Source of the DNA: Sphingobacterium sp. UBA1575
GTDB taxonomy: Bacteria; Bacteroidota; Bacteroidia; Sphingobacteriales; Sphingobacteriaceae
Length of the DNA stretch: 57,069 nt
Assembly: GCA_002322865.1 (NCBI GenBank)
Contig: DCOH01000010.1
Coordinates: forward strand, 1 to 57,069
Reading direction: 5' to 3'
Part shown: positions 49,101 to 57,069 of the stretch, in pieces
Numbering within the stretch: the stretch's first letter is position 1
Layout of the letters: every line of letters begins with the position of its first letter
Position numbers and translations under genes: made by a program
The notes under the pieces: generated by a model
The model's input: only the letters and a program-made list of their open reading frames with translations
The model's database searches: none
What the model was told of the DNA's origin: nothing

Positions 49101-51983
49101 ATGCAGCAGACAGACACTTCTTTACCCTATCGTTTGGTTTATTCTTTGGGGAAACACCCTTACCTGGGTTACCTCATCGAACCACATATCGTGTATCTAA
49201 ATCAAAATGGATCTTATTCCCTTTCCTATAAACGGGTTTTTAGTAACACCGTGGATGAATATGCACAGGCAATAGATGAAGTGGATGCAAAATTGATCCA
49301 ACTCTGCGATGAAATGGAGCAGACACAGATCATCAAAAGATTTCATAAAAAAGCCATTCGTCCAATCACTTATTTCAGCAAGATATTCAATCAACAAATC
49401 TATGATTCCATTCGCCCGAAGATTGAAAAAGGATTGTTGGCCATCCTTAAAATAATTGGTGATAAACCGTTATTTTTAATGAGCAAAGATGGATATCCGG
49501 CCGAACAAGAACTTAAAATAGCTGAAAAACCAACATCCATCCTTTTTCATTTTAGAAGGAATGAAGTGGAGACTCGATATTTTCCAACTTTAAAATATGA
49601 TGGTTTTCGGATGGAATTCATGTTCAAAAACGCCGAAGTCATCGTCAATCAACAGGCTTGGTTATTATTGGACAACACCTTATATCATTTTGATGAAGAA
49701 CTAGAGGGCAAAAAACTAACGCCATTTTTAAATAAACGCTTTATTTCCATCCCAAGAAATACCGAAAAAAGGTATTTTGAAACATTTGTCACTTCCCTGA
49801 TCGAGAAGCATCATGTTTATGCCGAAGGATTTGATATCATCGTATATAAGGAAAATGCCAAACCCCAGTTACGGATCATACATTCGCCAGAACAGGAAAC
49901 CCAACTCCAACTCAACTTCCAATATGGCGATTTTACTTTCCCTGCGGGTGGGCAGCATGCAGTAACCGTAAAATATGTCTATAACCGGGAACTGGATAAG
50001 CACCAGTTCTATCGCATCAAAAGATCCATGGCTTGGGAGGAAAACCGATCGAAGTATCTTTTGGATTTGGGACTGGAAAAGATAGACCCTCTATTTGGCA
50101 CTTATGCTGCCAGCAGCAATGCCATAGGCCTTCGGATGTCGGCCATTGAATGGGTCAATGAACATTTGACCGAACTCCAGGAAAAAGGTTTTGAGGTTAT
50201 TCAATCTGAAAGTGACAAACGCTTCTTGATCGGAAAAACCAGCATCAGCATTGAAATTGAGGAAAAGAATGACTGGTTTGATATTAAAGCGGTAGTTCGA
50301 TTTGGGGATTATGAAATCCCTTTCATGCAATTGCGGCAGCACATTCTTCAGAAAATACAGGAATTTGAATTGCCAAATGGCGAAATTGCCATCATTCCGC
50401 AGGAATGGTTCTCCCAATACGAACATCTCTTCCAGTTCTCTGCTCATAAAGAAGAACTGCGATTAAACAAAACGCATATTGGCCTACTGAACGAGATAAG
50501 CGAACATACTCAGGTAAGTCTGCAGCGAAAACTCAATAAACTGGGTGAATTTGATGAAATTGTTGACCAGGCGGCACCAGCATATTTTAAGGGAGAATTG
50601 AGACCCTACCAAAAAGCGGGATATAATTGGTTCCATTTCTTGGATGAATACCGTTTTGGAGGTTTGTTGGCTGATGATATGGGCTTGGGGAAAACAGTAC
50701 AGACCCTAGCGATGTTACAGAAACAGAAAGAGGCCAATGTGGGAATCGACCTTCCTAAAACATCCCTGTTGATTGTCCCTACCTCATTGATTTTCAATTG
50801 GCAAAAGGAAGCGGAGAAATTTGTTCCCAAACTCCGGGTATTGTTGCACACAGGTGGAACAAGAAGTCGCGATAGCTTTGCTTTTTCACATTTTGATCTG
50901 GTGATCAGTACCTACGGCATTGCGCGGATCGATGAGGAACTTTTTAGCAATTATTATTTCAACTACATCATCCTGGATGAAAGTCAGAACATAAAGAATC
51001 CAAGGTCTAAGTCCTTTACTGCAATCAAGCATTTTAAAGGCCGAAATAAATTGGCATTGAGTGGAACCCCGATCGAGAATTCCGTAGCAGATATCTGGTC
51101 ACAGATGCATTTCGTCAATCCAGGTCTATTAGGCAGCTTCTCTTATTTTCAGAACGAATTTGTGCTGGCGATTGAGAAAAAGAAGGATGAGGCCAAAGCG
51201 AAGAAATTACAGGCGATAATCAAGCCTTTTGTTTTACGCAGGACTAAAGCGCAGGTAGCAACCGAATTGCCCCCAAAATCCGAACAGATCTTTTATTGCA
51301 GCATGACCGAAGAACAACAGGAATACTACGAAACAGTAAAATCGGAGTATAGAAATGCGTTATTGGATGGGGCGTTTTCGGGAAAAGCATCACAGATCGC
51401 GTTGTTGCAGGGCTTGACCAAATTAAGGCAATTGGCCAACCATCCATTGATGATCGATGCGAATTATAAGGATGGTTCCGGGAAATTTGATGCTGCTATT
51501 GAAACGATGGATTCCATTCTGAAAGAAGGTAATAAGGTGTTGATATTTTCACAGTTTGTGAAGCATCTTCAGATTTTCAGGGATTATTTTGATAAGAACA
51601 GGATAAAATATGCTTATCTGGATGGGGGAACCAGTGATCGAAATGAGGCAGTTCGGAAATTTAAGGAACAGGATGATGTTCAGGTCTTCTTGATTTCCAT
51701 CAAAGCTGGTGGAACTGGATTGAATTTAACGGAAGCGGATTATGTGTTTATTTTAGATCCGTGGTGGAATCCAGCGGTAGAACAGCAGGCCATTGATCGT
51801 AGCCATCGGATCGGACAGAAAAAGAATGTGTTTATTTATAAATTTATTGCGAAGGATAGTATTGAGGAAAAGATACTGGCTTTGCAGGGTATGAAGAAAT
51901 CTTTAGCGACCTCGCTGATCAATACCGAGGAGTCTTTTGTGAAATCCCTTACAAAAGAGGATACCAATGAGTTGTTTAGGTAG
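49101..51983 (+). CDS. SNF2-family helicase/ATPase
   Basis: LRPYQ, LADDMGLGKT, LDESQNIKN, SGTPIEN, IFSQF, GLNLT, WWNP, DRSHRIGQ. Confidence 0.93.
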   Translation: MQQTDTSLPYRLVYSLGKHPYLGYLIEPHIVYLNQNGSYSLSYKRVFSNTVDEYAQAIDEVDAKLIQLCDEMEQTQIIKRFHKKAIRPITYFSKIFNQQIYDSIRPKIEKGLLAILKIIGDKPLFLMSKDGYPAEQELKIAEKPTSILFHFRRNEVETRYFPTLKYDGFRMEFMFKNAEVIVNQQAWLLLDNTLYHFDEELEGKKLTPFLNKRFISIPRNTEKRYFETFVTSLIEKHHVYAEGFDIIVYKENAKPQLRIIHSPEQETQLQLNFQYGDFTFPAGGQHAVTVKYVYNRELDKHQFYRIKRSMAWEENRSKYLLDLGLEKIDPLFGTYAASSNAIGLRMSAIEWVNEHLTELQEKGFEVIQSESDKRFLIGKTSISIEIEEKNDWFDIKAVVRFGDYEIPFMQLRQHILQKIQEFELPNGEIAIIPQEWFSQYEHLFQFSAHKEELRLNKTHIGLLNEISEHTQVSLQRKLNKLGEFDEIVDQAAPAYFKGELRPYQKAGYNWFHFLDEYRFGGLLADDMGLGKTVQTLAMLQKQKEANVGIDLPKTSLLIVPTSLIFNWQKEAEKFVPKLRVLLHTGGTRSRDSFAFSHFDLVISTYGIARIDEELFSNYYFNYIILDESQNIKNPRSKSFTAIKHFKGRNKLALSGTPIENSVADIWSQMHFVNPGLLGSFSYFQNEFVLAIEKKKDEAKAKKLQAIIKPFVLRRTKAQVATELPPKSEQIFYCSMTEEQQEYYETVKSEYRNALLDGAFSGKASQIALLQGLTKLRQLANHPLMIDANYKDGSGKFDAAIETMDSILKEGNKVLIFSQFVKHLQIFRDYFDKNRIKYAYLDGGTSDRNEAVRKFKEQDDVQVFLISIKAGGTGLNLTEADYVFILDPWWNPAVEQQAIDRSHRIGQKKNVFIYKFIAKDSIEEKILALQGMKKSLATSLINTEESFVKSLTKEDTNELFR

Positions 51984-52001
51984 GTTGAGGATTGGGCAAC
52001 C

Positions 52002-52075
52002 GCGTCATTGCGAGGAACGAAGCAATCTTTCCAGTAAAGGAAAGATTGCTTCGTGGTACCTACTCGCAATGACGC
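52002..52075. repeat. REP-like palindromic element, copy 2
   Basis: GCGTCATTGCGAGGAACGAAGCAATCTTTCC-loop-GGAAAGATTGCTTCGTGGTACCTACTCGCAATGACGC. Confidence 0.88.
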
Positions 52076-52082
52076 AGAATCT

Positions 52083-52967
52083 TTATCTCCCCAATAACCC
52101 TAAAGCCTTCCTGAAATTCTCCGCGCTCACCTTCACATCATTCATATTGTTTTTCCAGTTATACTCATACTCTGCAGAAATCATCCCCTTAAAACCCTGT
52201 CTCTTCAATTCAGCTTGTACAGCCTCCATTCCCAGCTTTCCCGTCCCCCAGTGCACATCATGCGCCTTCTTACTCCCAAACTCATTCAAATCCTTAAAAT
52301 GCAGGTGAAAAATCCTCCCTTCCAACTTCTTCAAAGACGCAACAGGATCCAAACCCGACCGCATCCAATGCCCTACATCTGCAGCAGCACCAATTCGTGC
52401 ACTCTTACCTTCAATGGCTTTCAGAATAACATCCGGATTCCAATAATGCGAAGGCTCCGGATGGTTATGGATCGCCAATTTAATATCATATTTATCACAA
52501 AGCTTCGACAGAAAATCCAATTGCTTTTCCCCAGGCTCGCTATTGATCACTTTTATCCCTAAATCCTTGGCAAACTGAAAAACCTTCTCCCATTCCGCCT
52601 CATCTTTAGCACCTACAACTCCGTATGCCCAAACCGTAATCCCTTTATCCTTCAACAATTTCTTCACCAAGGCTCTTCCTTCCTGAGAAAGCTCATACGT
52701 CATTGCCTCCGTACTCCCAGCACCGATTTTCTGTCCAGGAAAGGCTTCCACATAACGCAATCCTGCGCTATCGATCTTATTCAGCGCCTCTTCAAACGTA
52801 AATAAGCGAAAGGTATAGGCTTGCGAGCCCAAATGCCAACCCAGTTTCTCTTCCGGATAAGTGGCCTTATTCCCATTTTGAACTACATTACGCGATGTAG
52901 CACAAGCTGAAATAAAAAGAGCAGTAGCAGCTACACAGCCCCAAAGGAGTTGTTTAAAAGTTTTCAT
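52083..52967 (-). CDS. Xylose-isomerase-like TIM-barrel lipoprotein (sugar phosphate isomerase/epimerase family)
   Basis: Lipobox ISAC; AIHNH, DVGHW, HFKD, G.G, EYE metal motifs. Confidence 0.88.
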   Translation of the reverse strand: MKTFKQLLWGCVAATALFISACATSRNVVQNGNKATYPEEKLGWHLGSQAYTFRLFTFEEALNKIDSAGLRYVEAFPGQKIGAGSTEAMTYELSQEGRALVKKLLKDKGITVWAYGVVGAKDEAEWEKVFQFAKDLGIKVINSEPGEKQLDFLSKLCDKYDIKLAIHNHPEPSHYWNPDVILKAIEGKSARIGAAADVGHWMRSGLDPVASLKKLEGRIFHLHFKDLNEFGSKKAHDVHWGTGKLGMEAVQAELKRQGFKGMISAEYEYNWKNNMNDVKVSAENFRKALGLLGR

Positions 52968-52990
52968 ATATAAATTTATTTTGATGCGGA

Positions 52991-54511
52991 TTATCCTTCA
53001 AATTGAGGCAAAGCTGCTTGGATCCTATCCAATACCGCCTCTTTACCCAATAGTTCAGTGATCTTGAAAACATCAGGACCAAATTTCCCTCCTACCAACA
53101 TAATCCGAAAGGGCATCATTAATTCGCCCATCTTCATTCCCGACGCCGCTATCTTCTCTTTGAACAAAGGTTCCAAGGCCTCAGCGGTCCAAGTATCCTG
53201 TTCAGCAAAAGTCTTCGCCACATCTTGGAAGAAAGCAGTTTTATCTGCATTCCATTTCGGTTTTACTGCATCAACATCGTATTGGGCAGGTTTTAGGTAA
53301 AAGAAGGAAGCCTGTTCCCAGAAATCTTCGATGTAAATTAACCTTTCTTTCACCAAATCAAGAATACTATTTGTAAAATTCTCATCCGCTTCCACCCCAT
53401 GCTCCTTAAGAACAGCAGTCACCTTTGGCAACAACTCGGCATTTGAGGTCTGTTTGATCCATTCTTGGTTGTACCATTTTGCCTTTTCAAAATCAAATTT
53501 GGCACCAGCCTTACTGATCCGATCCACACTGAATTTCTCGATCAATTCCGCCATGTTAAACAATTCCTGATCCGTCCCGTCGTTCCATCCCAATAAAGCC
53601 AACATGTTCACAAATGCTTCAGGAAGGAACCCACGCTCACGGAATCCAACAGTTAGATCCCCTGTCTTTGGATCTGTCCAATTCATGGCATAAACCGGGA
53701 ATCCCAAACGATCACCATCACGTTTACTCAATTTACCATTCCCATCAGGTTTCAGAATCAGTGGTAAATGCGCCCATTCAGGCATCTCATCCTTCCAACC
53801 AAGGTATTCCCAAAGCAAGATATGTACAGGTGCTGAAGGCAACCATTCTTCCCCACGGAAAACATGGGATATTTCCATGGCATGATCATCCACAACAACG
53901 GCCAAATGATAGGTCGGCATGCCATCCGCTTTCAACAATACTTTATCATCTACTAATTTGGTCTCAAAAGTTACACGCCCGCGGATCATATCCTCGAAAG
54001 ACACATGCTCATCTTCCGGCATTTTGATACGGATGGTATGTGGAGCACCTTCAGCCAACAACTTCGCCGTTTCCTCATCAGAAAGGCTGAGGGAGTTCCT
54101 CAGATCCAACCTGTTCTCATGAGAATAGCGGAAATTAGGTTGCAATTGACGTTGTTGATCCAACTCCTCTGCCGTATCAAACGCATAGTATGCTTTACCT
54201 GCTGCCACCAATTGCTCTGCATATTGACGATAAGAAGGCTTTCGTTCACTCTGACGGTAAGGTCCAAATTTCCCTTCCTTAGCGGGGCTTTCATCCGGAT
54301 TCAATCCACACCAAGCCAAACATTCCATAATATATTCCTCTGCACCTGGAACAAAACGGGTCTGATCGGTATCCTCTATCCTAAGGATAAATTCTCCGCC
54401 ATGATGCTTAGCAAATAAATAGTTGAACAAGGCAGTGCGCACACCACCTAAATGTAATCCGCCGGTTGGGCTTGGGGCAAAACGCACCCTTACTTGTTTT
54501 TGTGAACTCAT
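52991..54511 (-). CDS. gltX: Glutamate--tRNA ligase
   Basis: RFAPSPTG, HLGG, LRIEDTD, RGEEW, KLSKR; ATG at 54511. Confidence 0.97.
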   Translation of the reverse strand: MSSQKQVRVRFAPSPTGGLHLGGVRTALFNYLFAKHHGGEFILRIEDTDQTRFVPGAEEYIMECLAWCGLNPDESPAKEGKFGPYRQSERKPSYRQYAEQLVAAGKAYYAFDTAEELDQQRQLQPNFRYSHENRLDLRNSLSLSDEETAKLLAEGAPHTIRIKMPEDEHVSFEDMIRGRVTFETKLVDDKVLLKADGMPTYHLAVVVDDHAMEISHVFRGEEWLPSAPVHILLWEYLGWKDEMPEWAHLPLILKPDGNGKLSKRDGDRLGFPVYAMNWTDPKTGDLTVGFRERGFLPEAFVNMLALLGWNDGTDQELFNMAELIEKFSVDRISKAGAKFDFEKAKWYNQEWIKQTSNAELLPKVTAVLKEHGVEADENFTNSILDLVKERLIYIEDFWEQASFFYLKPAQYDVDAVKPKWNADKTAFFQDVAKTFAEQDTWTAEALEPLFKEKIAASGMKMGELMMPFRIMLVGGKFGPDVFKITELLGKEAVLDRIQAALPQFEG

Positions 54512-54589
54512 AACCGCAAAATTAAGCATTTCTAAATTTCTTTCTCGAAGCTATTGGAAAATGATTATTTTGGAATCACTTTTTAGGCT

Positions 54590-55810
54590 ATGAAGCAACA
54601 TCCTTATCGTTACAATAAACAACAGTGGAAATTTTTACTGTTTATTTTTGCGGCTCTGATCGCTGCAGCTTCCCTGCTGTACAGTAATTATTTGGTGAAA
54701 AGCCTATCCCTATCCGAACGTACCAAAGCGCAGGTTTGGGCAATGAGTACCAAAAGTGTGGTCAGTATGCCCGATGTGGATGATGAATTCATCAGTTTCA
54801 TCTTTGCAGTTCGGGACAGCTTGAGTTTGCCCGCCATTATTACCGACCAGAACGAAAAAATAATCCTTTGGCGAGATTTAGACAGTACCAAAACAGCCTT
54901 AAAAGATTCTACATCCAGCTTGGAATACGATCCGGTTTATTTTGAAAAACAACTGAACCAGATGAAAAAAGCGCATCCAGCCATTGAACTATCGCTGGAT
55001 ACGAACGAAAAATGGTTCGTCTATTACCATGATTCCAAAGCCTTAAAACAACTCCGCATATTCCCTTATATCCAACTATCGCTCATTGCATTCTTTTTGG
55101 CCATTGCCTATACCGTATTCAATTCCATTAGGGACTCCGAACAGAATTTGGTCTGGGTGGGAATGGCCAAGGAAGCTGCCCACCAATTGGGAACCCCCAT
55201 CTCCTCTTTGATGGGTTGGGTAGAATTGGCACGTGTTACGTATGAATCCCAGGACGACAGTCTGCTGAACGAGATGGAAAGGGATGTAAAGCGCTTGGAA
55301 ATCGTGGCCGATCGGTTTTCAAAAATAGGTTCTACACCTTCCCTATCCAATCATGTGGTTTACGGAATTGTAGAAGATTATGTCAATTATTTTAAAATCA
55401 GGACCAGTAAGCGGATCACTTTCGAACTTACCGGCGACCAACATGTAGAGGCTAAACTGAATGTACAGGTTTTCGATTGGATCATTGAAAACCTACTCAA
55501 AAATGCAGTGAATGCCATCGAAGGTGAAGGGAAGATCACTGTTAACATTTCTGAAAACATTGCAAAAGAGGAAATTTTTATAGACATTAGCGATACGGGG
55601 AAAGGCATTCCCCGGTCCAACTGGGAAACGATTTTCCTTCCAGGATTCACGACAAGACAGCGAGGGTGGGGTTTGGGCTTAAGCCTAACGAAACGTATGG
55701 TTTACTACCACCGAGGCCAGATCTTTGTGAAGGACTCCGAAATAGGAAAAGGTACCACATTTAGAATAGTATTAAAAAGCAATCTACGATATGAGCCCAC
55801 TCAAATCTGA
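54590..55810 (+). CDS. Membrane sensor histidine kinase (no adjacent response regulator)
   Basis: Two TMs, H-box AHQLGTP, N-box ENLLKNA, DTGKG, GWGLGL. Confidence 0.92.
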   Translation: MKQHPYRYNKQQWKFLLFIFAALIAAASLLYSNYLVKSLSLSERTKAQVWAMSTKSVVSMPDVDDEFISFIFAVRDSLSLPAIITDQNEKIILWRDLDSTKTALKDSTSSLEYDPVYFEKQLNQMKKAHPAIELSLDTNEKWFVYYHDSKALKQLRIFPYIQLSLIAFFLAIAYTVFNSIRDSEQNLVWVGMAKEAAHQLGTPISSLMGWVELARVTYESQDDSLLNEMERDVKRLEIVADRFSKIGSTPSLSNHVVYGIVEDYVNYFKIRTSKRITFELTGDQHVEAKLNVQVFDWIIENLLKNAVNAIEGEGKITVNISENIAKEEIFIDISDTGKGIPRSNWETIFLPGFTTRQRGWGLGLSLTKRMVYYHRGQIFVKDSEIGKGTTFRIVLKSNLRYEPTQI

Positions 55811-56327
55811 TGAGTATCCAGCAATCTTCAACGATTATATCGAAACTGTTACAGGCGATGTATATGAAGAACTGAACGACCAACTGACCACCTTTCCCGA
55901 ATTTATTGCCAGCATCCCTGAGGATTTGGGTAGCTATAAATATGCGGAAGACAAATGGTCCATCAAAGAGGTATTGAATCACATCATCGATGCCGAACGC
56001 ATCATGACCTATCGTGCATTAAGGTTTGGCCGGAATGACATGACCGCATTAGCTTCTTTTGAACAGGACGAATTTGTAGCCAATGGTCGCCATAACGAAC
56101 GAAAAATGGAAGATCTTGCGCAGGAATTCTATCACCTTCGCAAAGCAAACCTCTATCTTTTCAATTCTTTCGATGAGACAGAATTAGCAAGAAAAGGGAT
56201 GGCTTCAGACCGATTGATCTCTGTACGCGCATTTCTGTACATTATCGCTGGCCACTTGAACCACCATGTGTTAATCTTAAAATCACGATACCTTAAAGAT
56301 CAAAACATCAACAATGATTTGGCATAG
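55791..56327 (+). CDS. DinB/YfiT-family protein
   Basis: KWSIKEVLNHIIDAER, GHLNHH. Confidence 0.88.
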   Translation: MSPLKSDEYPAIFNDYIETVTGDVYEELNDQLTTFPEFIASIPEDLGSYKYAEDKWSIKEVLNHIIDAERIMTYRALRFGRNDMTALASFEQDEFVANGRHNERKMEDLAQEFYHLRKANLYLFNSFDETELARKGMASDRLISVRAFLYIIAGHLNHHVLILKSRYLKDQNINNDLA

Positions 56328-56742
56328 GGAATACAGCTTGGAAGAGGTGAATGAACTGTTCGCCATCAACATGACAGGCTTCTTGGACATTAAGGCAACC
56401 TCCATTTCCGAGGATGAAATCATTGCCGAGATGCCGGTCAACGAAAAAGTAAAACAACCTTACGGCCTATTGCATGGTGGAGCATCCTGTGTACTGGCAG
56501 AATCGGTAGGCAGCATTGCTTCCAATATGGTGGTTGATGCCAATGTGTATGCCGGTGTGGGTTTGGAGATCAATGCCAACCACATCCGCCCAGTCACCAA
56601 AGGTAAAGTTACTGCCATCTGTAAACCATTACATATCGGCAAAACAACCCATGTTTGGGACATCAAAATCAACAATGAAAGAGGCGCATTGGTCTGTATT
56701 TCAAGGCTGACCATTGCAGTCATAAAAAAACCTTCGATCTAA
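56314..56742 (+). CDS. Hotdog-fold thioesterase (MenI/YdiI-like)
   Basis: QPYGLLHGGAS..LAE..GS, VGLEINANH. Confidence 0.9.
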   Translation: MIWHREYSLEEVNELFAINMTGFLDIKATSISEDEIIAEMPVNEKVKQPYGLLHGGASCVLAESVGSIASNMVVDANVYAGVGLEINANHIRPVTKGKVTAICKPLHIGKTTHVWDIKINNERGALVCISRLTIAVIKKPSI

Positions 56743-56812
56743 AAACAAACCGTCAATCTGTTTGTTCATCCGATAATAATACCATTTTGGTTTTATGATA
56801 CGGTTTAGGTTT

Positions 56813-56850
56813 TGAAGAGACATCGCCCATTCGATGTCTCTTCATATTTT
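56813..56850 (+). terminator. Intrinsic terminator
   Basis: TGAAGAGACATCG-CCCATT-CGATGTCTCTTCA-TATTTT. Confidence 0.8.
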
Positions 56851-56858
56851 ATCAGAAC

Positions 56859-56870
56859 GCAATCGTTTGC
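56859..56870. promoter_or_regulatory. Candidate LacI-family operator
   Basis: GCAATCGTTTGC fits GnAAnCGnTTnC; upstream of the sugar MFS gene. Confidence 0.6.
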
Positions 56871-56952
56871 TTATTAAATTTCATTTTATTTTTCCAATTT
56901 ATTTTATTAGCCTTGTGGTTAGCTAAAATTATTAAATCCATAAATCGAATTT

Positions 56953-57069
56953 ATGAGTAACCAACAAAATCAATCTACCGTCGGACCCATGATCATCATC
57001 GGTTCGTTGTTCTTTATTTTCGGATTTGCCACCTGGCTAAACTCCTTATTAATACCCTACTTACGGATT
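56953..57069 (+). CDS. 5' end of glucose/galactose (FucP/GluP-type) MFS transporter (partial)
   Basis: MSNQQNQSTVGPMIIIGSLFFIFGFATWLNSLLIPYLRI, matching the LFFxxGF...N..LIP TM1 motif. Confidence 0.8.
   Translation, partial: MSNQQNQSTVGPMIIIGSLFFIFGFATWLNSLLIPYLRI

Noticed and set aside
49101..51983. SNF2 ATPase as an anti-phage defence system
   Set aside because: Sits among housekeeping genes with no methylase, nuclease or other defence partner
51967..52308. 113-aa ORF after SNF2
   Set aside because: Reads through the REP and antisense to the TIM-barrel gene
1801..56723. Numerous 60-150 aa ORFs nested in or antisense to assigned genes
   Set aside because: They overlap well-supported CDS and show no motifs; treated as shadow ORFs

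Overview
A 57 kb, mostly core-genome window from a Bacteroidota bacterium, most likely Sphingobacterium or another Sphingobacteriaceae member. This is inferred from gene content and order, the SusC/SusD pair and TAnnTTTG promoters. It holds about 50 CDS: 3' end of pruA, hisB/hisC, rnz, STAS, purC, phoH, a SAM-cleaving DUF62 enzyme, an ABC exporter, ccmBCD, lptC, ppiD, a polyprenyl synthase, TerC, peptidases, lpxH, prfA, an ECF sigma with a protease-bearing partner, peroxiredoxin, acyl-CoA dehydrogenase, SusCD, proBA, xth, degP, dapF, SNF2, gltX and a histidine kinase. There are also two tandem tRNA-Asp(GTC) genes, many intrinsic terminators and REP-like palindromes. I saw no CRISPR array, integrase, transposase or prophage. 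The best leads are: (1) an ECF sigma coupled to an anti-sigma-like membrane protein ending in an intact trypsin-type protease; (2) a candidate small RNA with an ECF-like promoter at about 56743-56850; (3) an AT-rich orphan RagAB-like SusCD cassette; (4) REP hairpins, one flanked by inverted 7-mer arrays, and G/C skew at convergent gene ends; (5) apparently leaderless genes; (6) a STAS protein with Glu at the phosphoacceptor position. All family assignments come from motif recognition by eye, not database searches.
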